64,000 nucleotides of DNA from a virus. Both the position numbers and the translations under genes were made by a program. Below, piece by piece: positions 53,777 to 61,669 of the stretch (its first letter is position 1; every line of letters starts with the position of its first letter). The stretch is taken from IMG/VR virus record IMGVR_UViG_3300006056_000038, positions 1 to 64,000 of that record, one strand, 5' to 3'. The notes beneath the pieces were generated by a model. It saw only the letters and a program-made list of their open reading frames with translations, ran no database searches and had not been told where the DNA came from.

Positions 53777-54563
53777 TACAGCCAATCAGGACTACATACG
53801 AAACCTTTGGAAATCCTTAAACGGCACCGTTGATAACAAGCTTGTTCAAGGAATAACAACCAATCCAAATGCGTTTTTCAAAACGAACGAATTGCACCTG
53901 AAGGACTGGGAGAAATCTCTCCCGAAGCTTTGTGAAATTGTATCAGAGATAAGACAGGACGACGCTGGATATGTGCATATTCAAGCTCCGAATTCATCCA
54001 TGAATGGAGATGCTATGTTGAGATATGCCGAGCATGTCCATAAACTAACCGATGGAAATACCAAGATCGCCATAAAAATTCCACCATTTGTTCGAGCGCT
54101 GAAAGCGGTAGACCAACTAAGGGAAATGGTCAAGATCAACGTCACTGGAATAGCAGACTGCTCAACTGCTTTGAAATGCATCACGTATGGTGTTGACTTT
54201 GTCAGTATCATACCCGGAAGAATGGAGGAGGTCGGGATAGATGCCAAAAAGCAGATATCCTTCATCCTGCAATCATGCAGGAAGAATTCTGAAATAATCA
54301 CAGGGTCTATGAGAACAATAGACGGATTGATATGGGTTTTTCAGTATGATACCATACCCACGATTGGGGAGAAGGTTTGGAATATTCTACTGGAAAACAA
54401 CAACCTTCAAAAAGTCATTGACATTGACTATAGCATGGCGCACGATGATAGTGAATTTTCTCCAGAGATCAATGAGTTGAATTCCAACCTGTCAAATTCC
54501 TTTTTCCAACAAATGGATGAATGTGGGAGAACGTGTTTTGAAGACTGGAAAAAATCATCATAA
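53757..54563 (+). CDS. Transaldolase/fructose-6-phosphate-aldolase (TalC/Fsa) family enzyme
   Basis: FLIDTANQDYI...GITTNPNAF matches the L(Y/F)LDT..(L/V)..I...G(V/I)TTNP signature. KIAIKIPPFVRALKAV aligns with the Schiff-base lysine region (VVKVPVTAEGLAAIKML of E. coli Fsa). Confidence 0.6.
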   Translation: MRKFLIDTANQDYIRNLWKSLNGTVDNKLVQGITTNPNAFFKTNELHLKDWEKSLPKLCEIVSEIRQDDAGYVHIQAPNSSMNGDAMLRYAEHVHKLTDGNTKIAIKIPPFVRALKAVDQLREMVKINVTGIADCSTALKCITYGVDFVSIIPGRMEEVGIDAKKQISFILQSCRKNSEIITGSMRTIDGLIWVFQYDTIPTIGEKVWNILLENNNLQKVIDIDYSMAHDDSEFSPEINELNSNLSNSFFQQMDECGRTCFEDWKKSS

Positions 54564-54575
54564 AGCTCATTTAAC

Positions 54576-55394
54576 ATGTTGGGCGTACAAGCAGGCAATG
54601 AAGCCATAAAGAACCTGATCCGGTCAGGAAAGCCATTCCTCGTGAACCGCATGCGGTCCGAGGTGGATGTCATTTTCAAATCCATCAAAGGTCTCCCTCT
54701 GAACAAGGAGAACCACGATGACCTGTACATCAAATGCGGCGTATACCCCTATGGGGACATGGAGCAAATTGGGCCCTTCATCCGGGAGACCATCACCTCG
54801 ATGAACTTGGCCGACGCATGGGGCTATTGCACATTCTACTGCCCCTATCAGGACTGGCTCATCAAGAACGTATCCCGGACCCAATGCGTGTTCGACTTCG
54901 TTGCCCTTGAGCCGATCTACCATGAAGTACCATGGACCCTTGAGCTTGCAGGTAAGAAAGTGCTCATCGTCCATCCTTATGTGGATACAATGAAACGGCA
55001 GGAATCGAAGCTTCTGGAGATCGCAGGCGGCAAGGAACAGTTCAGGGACGTGGAGTTCAAGTACATCAAGGCGGTGCAGTCGATGACCGGAAATGCCCCG
55101 CACGGGTCGTGGAGCGAATCCTACCAAACAATGAAGGATGAGATCGCCGACGCAGACTTCGACGTGGCCCTTCTGGGGTGCGGCGGATACGGCATGCCAC
55201 TGAGCGGATACATCAAGTCCATCGGCAAGAGCGCTGTGTACATCGGAGGCGGGCTTCAATTGATCTTCGGCATCAAAGGGAAGCGATGGGACGACTCGGA
55301 CATGTCCAAACATTACAACGAACACTGGGTGCGCCCCTCCGTGGAAGAAACCCCGGAGAACTACATGCTCCACGAAAACGGAGCGTATTTTTGA
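54576..55394 (+). CDS. Hypothetical protein (possible glycosyltransferase-like)
   Basis: 272 aa; GC content returns to the backbone level here; conserved-looking block FDVALLGCGGYGMPLSGYIK. Confidence 0.4.
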   Translation: MLGVQAGNEAIKNLIRSGKPFLVNRMRSEVDVIFKSIKGLPLNKENHDDLYIKCGVYPYGDMEQIGPFIRETITSMNLADAWGYCTFYCPYQDWLIKNVSRTQCVFDFVALEPIYHEVPWTLELAGKKVLIVHPYVDTMKRQESKLLEIAGGKEQFRDVEFKYIKAVQSMTGNAPHGSWSESYQTMKDEIADADFDVALLGCGGYGMPLSGYIKSIGKSAVYIGGGLQLIFGIKGKRWDDSDMSKHYNEHWVRPSVEETPENYMLHENGAYF

Positions 55395-56050
55395 TGAAGC
55401 TCCTCTGCTATTTCACCCCGTCCCACAAGGACATGTTCGAGGGCTTCCTCAAACGAAGCTGCGACCTATTTGGGGAGCATGAGATTATCGCCTTCATGGA
55501 CCAAGAGCAGTTGTCCGACGACGGCTCATTCTACAGCAAGGGATTCCACGAGACGGTGGTCAAGAAGATGGATTTCATTCTTGGTTCCAACGCGTGGGAT
55601 GACACGGAGCATTTCATCTTTTCGGATGCTGACGTCATTTTCACGGCGCCCACCCAAGAGTACTTTCTGGAGCAGATCGCCGAGCATGACATCGTGTTCC
55701 AAAGCGACCAGACCACTTACAACAGCGGGCTGTACGTGTTCCGCAATAACTCCAAGGTCAAGGCGATGTTCGAAGAGGCGGTCCGCGTAAAGGACCAACA
55801 CTTCGGGGACCAGTTGTGCATCGATGCTGCCCTGCGCGCCGTTCCGCTCAAGTGCAAGGCGTTTGACAAGACCATCTTCAACATCTCCTTCTACATGGGA
55901 GGAAGTCTTTGGGACAACGCCAGCACCATTCATTTCCCCAAGCACATGCGAGCCTACCATGCCAACTTCATCGTCGGTGTGGACAACAAGATAAAAGCGC
56001 TGACCCAAGCCCATGACCGATTCGTTGCGCCCAAGCTCAGCCACGCATAA
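55394..56050 (+). CDS. Putative GT-A nucleotide-diphospho-sugar transferase (DxD type)
   Basis: Start MKLLCYFTP (trimmed from track ORF 55178-56050). FIFSDADVIF (DxD), ...DQTTYNSGLYVFR. Confidence 0.45.
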   Translation: MKLLCYFTPSHKDMFEGFLKRSCDLFGEHEIIAFMDQEQLSDDGSFYSKGFHETVVKKMDFILGSNAWDDTEHFIFSDADVIFTAPTQEYFLEQIAEHDIVFQSDQTTYNSGLYVFRNNSKVKAMFEEAVRVKDQHFGDQLCIDAALRAVPLKCKAFDKTIFNISFYMGGSLWDNASTIHFPKHMRAYHANFIVGVDNKIKALTQAHDRFVAPKLSHA

Positions 56051-56849
56051 GTACCCGTTCTACCACGAGGGGCTTTACTTGGAGGAATACTTCCACCGCC
56101 ATCGGAAGCGCCATGACGGGCGGCAATACATCGATGCGTTCTGGACCAACATCTACTCCAACCGCTCCTTTGCTGGCATCCATAGCGTGGATGTGCAATC
56201 GGAGCTCGACAAGCTGGACCCGAACGGGCGATATTTCACCGTATGCCAGAACGACGACGGGGTCTTGGAACGCCTGCCAAAGGACACGCTGAAGTTCTGC
56301 GCCGGAGGCAACAACGTCGATGATGCCACCATCCCCATTCCTCTATTGGCGTCGCCCATTCCCGGCATTGACCTTTCCCGGGAGAAGGACCTGCTGGCGA
56401 GCTTCGTCGGAAGCAACACCCATCCTTTGCGTGCTGAGATGCACAAGACACTTCGTGGTCGTCCGGGATTTTCGGTACAGATGAAGAATTGGTCCCTTGA
56501 ACTTCCGGACGCTTCCGCAAGGCAGTTCATGGACCTGTCATCTCGCTCGAAGTTCATGCTCGCCCCGAGAGGATATGGAAGGACGAGTTTTCGTCTCTAC
56601 GAGGCCTTCCAGTTCGATTGCATTCCCGTGTATATCAGCGATTCGATGTTCCTTCCTTATTCTGATGTCATAAATTGGAATGATTTTACTATATTGATAA
56701 CTCCCGATAGAATCGGGGACATAGAGAATATCCTTAATGCTTCATTGACGAATGGTGAATATGACAGGATATTGAACAACGTCAAACAAAACAAACATCT
56801 GTTTACCATGGAGTACATGGTCGAATATATCGAAAGCAAAACAACATGA
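56013..56849 (+). CDS. Exostosin-like glycosyltransferase (GT47-type C-terminal domain)
   Basis: SRSKFMLAPRGYGRTSFRLYEAFQFDCIPVYISDSMFLPYSDVINWNDFTILI matches the exostosin/GT47 signature (S.F.L.P.G...S.R..EA...GCIPVI.SD...LPF.D..DW..FS). Confidence 0.5.
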   Translation: MTDSLRPSSATHKYPFYHEGLYLEEYFHRHRKRHDGRQYIDAFWTNIYSNRSFAGIHSVDVQSELDKLDPNGRYFTVCQNDDGVLERLPKDTLKFCAGGNNVDDATIPIPLLASPIPGIDLSREKDLLASFVGSNTHPLRAEMHKTLRGRPGFSVQMKNWSLELPDASARQFMDLSSRSKFMLAPRGYGRTSFRLYEAFQFDCIPVYISDSMFLPYSDVINWNDFTILITPDRIGDIENILNASLTNGEYDRILNNVKQNKHLFTMEYMVEYIESKTT

Positions 56850-57616
56850 GAACATTAGGCATTTCCATCGACGGCGTCATTCGGGACTTCAACTCCCAGT
56901 TCCATAAGACCTACGTCAAGACGTTCATCCATAACGATTCGCTCGTCGCCGCCAATATCCCTTCACATGCCGAAGCGCGCATGAACGGCTTGGGAGATGG
57001 AGACTTCGTGGCACAAGAGACCACCGAAAGTGACGAACTCATGGTGCAGCAGGCTGTTGAGAAAAAGGAAAAGGACCTGATCTCCCTACCCGTCAACAGC
57101 GACGACTTGCTCAACCACTATCGCTTCGAAGAGGGGAAGATGGATTTCATTACCACGGCAGATGGGAAGGAACCCGATAAGATCATCACGCCGAAGGATG
57201 CCTTGAACAAATTCATCTTCGAGGATTATCCGTTCCAGATCTTCGGCATGGCCTCCGAATACGATGGTGCCAATGAAATGGTGAACCGCATCCAAGGCTA
57301 CGGCCGTCAGAAGGAATTCTTCAACGTCGTTCTTCTGTCATCCGCGCAGAAACAGGCCATTCCCGCTACTTACAACTTTTTGGCGCGTTGCCATTCACGC
57401 GCCAAGTCGGTCGTATTCGTGGAGCGTGAAGAAGACAAGTGGGACCACTGCGACGTGCTCATTGATGCGAATCCACGCGCCATCCAAGCGGTGCCAACGG
57501 ACAAGTTCGTCATCCGCATTTTGCGCGACTGGAACCAATATGACGACATCGAGTACACTTATTCCAATCTGAAGGAGGTGCTCAGTTCCGGCGTTCTGGA
57601 CAAGCTGTTCAAGTGA
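56846..57616 (+). CDS. Hypothetical protein
   Basis: 256 aa. The N-terminus ISIDGVIRDF is reminiscent of, but does not satisfy, the HAD DxDGx motif. Confidence 0.4.
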   Translation: MRTLGISIDGVIRDFNSQFHKTYVKTFIHNDSLVAANIPSHAEARMNGLGDGDFVAQETTESDELMVQQAVEKKEKDLISLPVNSDDLLNHYRFEEGKMDFITTADGKEPDKIITPKDALNKFIFEDYPFQIFGMASEYDGANEMVNRIQGYGRQKEFFNVVLLSSAQKQAIPATYNFLARCHSRAKSVVFVEREEDKWDHCDVLIDANPRAIQAVPTDKFVIRILRDWNQYDDIEYTYSNLKEVLSSGVLDKLFK

Positions 57617-57642
57617 GTCGATAACCTCATATCCATTTCTGG

Positions 57643-57668
57643 AATGGGCGACAATATTGTCGCCCATT
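57643..57668 (+). terminator. Intrinsic terminator
   Basis: AATGGGCGACAA-tat-TTGTCGCCCATT followed by TTCTTTTTGC. Confidence 0.65.
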
Positions 57669-57714
57669 TTCTTTTTGCACAAAACTCCCTTTGTTTTCGG
57701 TAGCCTCCCATTCT

Positions 57715-58950
57715 ATGTTTATTCAAAGCGATAATAGCATGGCAGAGAACATGGAAACTACCGAAGCGGTGATGGACGCCCCGACCGGGAATCTATCCCA
57801 CAACGCGTTCATCGATCAGGTGATCGACAAGATCAAGAACAACGATTTCACCGTCCACTTCTATTCCCCGGCGATGAACACGCCAAGTGGTGGCATCGGT
57901 GTATTGCTGCGTCTGGCCCGCGCCCTGAAGGACAATGGACATAGGGTAAAGGTGTGGTATGAGCCACGGTTCGACCAAAAGGCGAGCATGGATGCCTCAA
58001 CAAAGGCCAAGAAGCGCATCGACCTGTTCGACCAGTTCCATCCGAACTGGGTGGACTTCAACATCTCGGACATCGACTTCGTCCCGCTGGGTGATTCGAA
58101 GATCAATTTCGTGAATGGAGAGTCGCAGGAAGCGACGCCGTTGAAAGTGGACACACAGGACATGTTCTTCATCCCTGAGGGTTTCCCCAATATCATGGAA
58201 AAGACGGCGGGTGTGACGTGCAAACGCATTGTGCTGGCCCAAAGCTGGCTCTACGTCCTGTCGGGCATGCAGAACGGTCAGACGTGGCAGAATTTCGGCA
58301 TCAAGGATGTTGTGAGCGTTTCGGACGCCATCACCGAATACTTGGATACGGTAATGCCGGGTCTTTCCATCAAGCAGTTGAAACAAGGGATCAACCGGGA
58401 GATCTTCCATCCCCCCACCAAGCGGTCGGAAAAGTATCCATGTATCGGCTTTGTCAATGGACGTGATTCCATCTCGCAATTGAAGCTGATCAACATGATC
58501 AAGATGTTCTCTTTGGCCTGCCCTCATTTCCGTTGGGTGAAGTTCATCGAGCTATCCAACCTGAGCCGCGAGGAGTTCGCAGAGCGCATCCGTTCCTGCG
58601 CATTCGTGCTCTACGCCGATGACGTGGCTGGCTTCGGCACACTACCTCTTGAGGCCATGGCCTGCGGAACGCACGTGATCGGATGGGCCGCCTTCGGTAG
58701 CAAAGAATACGTACAGAAGGACAATGGCTTCTGGTGCAACAACGGCGACGTGTTCCAGATGGCGGAAATGCTCGGCATTGCGCTGGACAAGTGGTTGAGC
58801 GGTGAGATGGACCTTGAAGACACGCAGGAAACCTATGAGGAAGTCCTCAGCAGGTATACCGTGGAGGGAGAAAAAAGTCGCATTACCGAGATCGTAGAAG
58901 AATATAAAACAGAAAGAACACATGAACTTGAAAGAGCTAAAAAACAGTGA
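57715..58950 (+). CDS. Glycosyltransferase, GT-B fold (GT4-like)
   Basis: Start uncertain (57691/57715/57749). C-terminal E-x7-E-type motif LYADDVAGFGTLPLEAMACGTHVIGWAAFGSKEYV. Confidence 0.55.
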   Translation: MFIQSDNSMAENMETTEAVMDAPTGNLSHNAFIDQVIDKIKNNDFTVHFYSPAMNTPSGGIGVLLRLARALKDNGHRVKVWYEPRFDQKASMDASTKAKKRIDLFDQFHPNWVDFNISDIDFVPLGDSKINFVNGESQEATPLKVDTQDMFFIPEGFPNIMEKTAGVTCKRIVLAQSWLYVLSGMQNGQTWQNFGIKDVVSVSDAITEYLDTVMPGLSIKQLKQGINREIFHPPTKRSEKYPCIGFVNGRDSISQLKLINMIKMFSLACPHFRWVKFIELSNLSREEFAERIRSCAFVLYADDVAGFGTLPLEAMACGTHVIGWAAFGSKEYVQKDNGFWCNNGDVFQMAEMLGIALDKWLSGEMDLEDTQETYEEVLSRYTVEGEKSRITEIVEEYKTERTHELERAKKQ

Positions 58951-59899
58951 CGTTCTGGTGGGCATGTTCGTAAAGAACGTGGTCCACGAAAGCATGCTGC
59001 ACGAATCGCTGTACAGCATTGCCATGCAGCACCTTCCCGTCAATTTGATCATTCTTCATTCGGGTCTTTCCGAAACGGAACTGGACAAATTGAAGGCCAT
59101 CGCCAAAGAGCCTACAGTTCGTATGAAAACGAACAAGAAGATCAAGGTGAAGAACGAGGATGGCACGGAGACCGAACGGGACGAGATCGTCACGGAGAGT
59201 GCAGGTGGTTCATTGAACTACGTCATCCAACAAGTGGAAGTGAACAGCTTCCCGGATGTCTTCAACATCGTATTCCAGACGGCCGTCGAGCATGGGTATA
59301 AGATCATGTCGGTGACCGAACCGGAGGACGTATACTCTCTGCGCTGGTTCGAGCTGGTGGATGAATGGCATAAGGAAAATCCCGAGATTTCCATGTTCCT
59401 TCCGCTGATCAAGCACATGAATTTCGGTACGTTCCAAGGATTCATGAACGAATCGTGCTGGGCCGAGGGCATGGCGGAAGAAGTCGGTAAATACGACAAC
59501 AACCTGTTGTTGAAATTCAACTTCGCCGCACATCCGCTGGGAGCCGCCATGGTCGTCCCAAACATGATGAAGGAAACCGGCGCATACGAACATCGTGGTG
59601 ACCTGACGTATCCGATGAAGAGCAGCATCAAACTGTTCAACTACTACGAGTTCTTCCTGCGATCGGCATACAATGACATCAAGATGATGAACATCCCGAG
59701 GATCGGTTACGAAATGCGGGTCATCGATATCGCCTCATACGATGCGCGGTCCAGCAAGATCCCGACCACACTTCTGAGCTTGCCTTCCGACAAGGGTGGC
59801 ATCACCGCAGGGGAGGCGCAGTTCTGGGCGAAGTATGCGACGGACGCCTACTTCATGGAAGAGGATGATAAAACAGTCACCTATGAACATAGCATCTGA
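58922..59899 (+). CDS. Hypothetical protein (possibly GT-A-like); last gene of the glycan cluster
   Basis: 325 aa; the N-terminus VLVGMFVKN...SLYSIAMQ loosely resembles GT2 N-termini. Weak. Confidence 0.35.
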   Translation: MNLKELKNSDVLVGMFVKNVVHESMLHESLYSIAMQHLPVNLIILHSGLSETELDKLKAIAKEPTVRMKTNKKIKVKNEDGTETERDEIVTESAGGSLNYVIQQVEVNSFPDVFNIVFQTAVEHGYKIMSVTEPEDVYSLRWFELVDEWHKENPEISMFLPLIKHMNFGTFQGFMNESCWAEGMAEEVGKYDNNLLLKFNFAAHPLGAAMVVPNMMKETGAYEHRGDLTYPMKSSIKLFNYYEFFLRSAYNDIKMMNIPRIGYEMRVIDIASYDARSSKIPTTLLSLPSDKGGITAGEAQFWAKYATDAYFMEEDDKTVTYEHSI

Positions 59900-60842
59900 T
59901 GTCTCCACCGGGAATACCATCGTGCCCATCGTGGAGGTCAAAAAGAAGCAAAAGATCTACTGGACTGAGGACACGGAAGCCGCTATAAAGGAGTTCTTGT
60001 CCCTTGACTCGAAACACCTTCAAGGGAAGTATGATGCTTACGTAAAGGCTCAGACCGAATCGGGAACCCATGACCCGACGATCGATGACGGCTATGCCGC
60101 AGAGCTACAGTCGAACATTCGAAAGAGCTCAACGGAAAAGGCCAAACTTCGAAAGGAGGAGATATTCCGTAGCAGGATACGTACGCCGCTCAATTTGTTG
60201 ATCGAGAACATCATCTTCAACTTCAAACTGTTCCGGCACGATGTCGGGGTCAAAACGCTGCACAACGACTGCATGTCACATGTGTACGAGAAGTTCTACA
60301 AGTTCGACCCCGAGAGGAACACCAAGTCGTTCTCTTACTTCGGGACCATTGCCAAACATTATCTTCAGAACCAGAAAAAGGACCTTGATAGCCTGAAGTC
60401 CATCAACCTGAACTATGACGACCATGTGGAAGAGGTTGATTCCTTGGACGGAGACGACGATAATGAAACACAGGCTTCCGATGAAATGCTTGATCTGTTC
60501 AATCACATGATCACGGCGTTCGAAAAGAACATGAGCAACAAGGCTTTGAACGATAACGACAAGAAAGTGTTGGATTCCATTCTGGAGCTCTTCAAGGGCC
60601 ACGGTAGCGGAAGCGACGAAAACCAGAAGGACGGAAAAGGCAAGGTGTTGGCGAACAACTGGAGAAAGAACCACGGAAATGACCTGCTCGACGAAAGCAA
60701 GTACAGCAAAGGGAACATCCTTGACTTCATTGCCGATCGATCCAAGTTGACCAAGGACGAAATGAGCAAAAGCCTCACCAAGTTGCGCAATCTGTACAAG
60801 GAAAAAAGGAAAGACTTCTATAACCGCCCACCGAAACATTGA
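59883..60842 (+). CDS. Late-transcription sigma factor, T4 gp55-like, with a long C-terminal extension
   Basis: Start at MNIASDV (overlaps the upstream stop). KFDPERNTKSFSYFGTIAKHYLQNQKKD aligns with T4 gp55 [32 protein letters not shown]. Upstream, EDTEAAIKEFL aligns with NKELLQAIIDW. 319 aa versus 185 aa in T4. Confidence 0.5.
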   Translation: MNIASDVSTGNTIVPIVEVKKKQKIYWTEDTEAAIKEFLSLDSKHLQGKYDAYVKAQTESGTHDPTIDDGYAAELQSNIRKSSTEKAKLRKEEIFRSRIRTPLNLLIENIIFNFKLFRHDVGVKTLHNDCMSHVYEKFYKFDPERNTKSFSYFGTIAKHYLQNQKKDLDSLKSINLNYDDHVEEVDSLDGDDDNETQASDEMLDLFNHMITAFEKNMSNKALNDNDKKVLDSILELFKGHGSGSDENQKDGKGKVLANNWRKNHGNDLLDESKYSKGNILDFIADRSKLTKDEMSKSLTKLRNLYKEKRKDFYNRPPKH

Positions 60843-61213
60843 CTCTCGAAGAAAAGAAAGAGATCTTCAGGCATCTATTGGGCCTGATATTCTTCGATGA
60901 CTGTCAGGACATCGGGGATGAACGCATCATTAGCTTCTACTTCTATCTTCTCGACAGTCTTGAAACGACGTCAGAGGTCCACATCTCCAAGGAGAACGAC
61001 GACTTCTTCGTGGTGGAATCGGTGGTAAGATTGTTGTCGGATTTCCACAATCTCGACGATTCGGTCCTTCTGCACATCGCCAAGGGGCATGACAATTTCA
61101 AGGAGGCCCTCATGGAGCAGACCGGAATGCCACCGGAGTTCGTGGATGAGGCCATCGAGCGTTTGCTGGGGGATTTCCAAGACATCAAGAACGGCTACCT
61201 CTTCATCGAATAA
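60839..61213 (+). CDS. Hypothetical protein
   Basis: 124-aa acidic ORF, translationally coupled to the upstream gene. Confidence 0.4.
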   Translation: MTLEEKKEIFRHLLGLIFFDDCQDIGDERIISFYFYLLDSLETTSEVHISKENDDFFVVESVVRLLSDFHNLDDSVLLHIAKGHDNFKEALMEQTGMPPEFVDEAIERLLGDFQDIKNGYLFIE

Positions 61214-61221
61214 TGGCCGAT

Positions 61222-61242
61222 CTCTATTTATGGGAAATAGAG
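61222..61242 (+). promoter_or_regulatory. Perfect palindromic motif CTCTATTTATGGGAAATAGAG, 5 nt upstream of the ATG at 61247
   Basis: CTCTATTT-ATGGG-AAATAGAG inverted repeat. Confidence 0.5.
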
Positions 61243-61246
61243 AAAC

Positions 61247-61666
61247 ATGAAAGACGACGCGGATTACAAGAATTCCTTTCCCAAGATCGATGTTGATCAG
61301 GAGGCCATCCTGAAAATGTTGACGAAGGTGGCGGCATTCAAAATGGAAGAGCGGGACCTTGCGTTGGACCGCTTCAAACGTTGTAACGAGGACATGGAGG
61401 ATGACGCCTTCTGGCTGCAAGGCAAAACCGCCATCATGTATCTGGATTCCGCCTCAAAGGCATCCAACTATCTGGGCGACCTAGGACAGAACATGCTCAA
61501 GATGCTACATAAGGATGAACCAACGCCGGAAGCCGGAAGTGGGAACATCGGCCTATCCGATGAAGACAAGAGCAATCTAGCATTGATGGCTGAAAGCCAC
61601 TTGCGTGAAAGAAGACTGAAGGAGAAGGGGTCCCGTTCCAAGAATTCCGACGAATACGACGGCTAA
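61247..61666 (+). CDS. Hypothetical protein
   Basis: 139 aa. Confidence 0.4.
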   Translation: MKDDADYKNSFPKIDVDQEAILKMLTKVAAFKMEERDLALDRFKRCNEDMEDDAFWLQGKTAIMYLDSASKASNYLGDLGQNMLKMLHKDEPTPEAGSGNIGLSDEDKSNLALMAESHLRERRLKEKGSRSKNSDEYDG

Positions 61667-61669
61667 ACA

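Noticed and set aside
688-61242. Interpreting the CTATTTATGG motif simply as the T4 late promoter TATAAATA
   Set aside because: The T4-like complement (CATAAATAG) is on the non-sense strand relative to most downstream genes. The sense-strand element is TATTTATG, so it is not a straightforward T4 late promoter. It is kept as a finding, but with an open mechanism.
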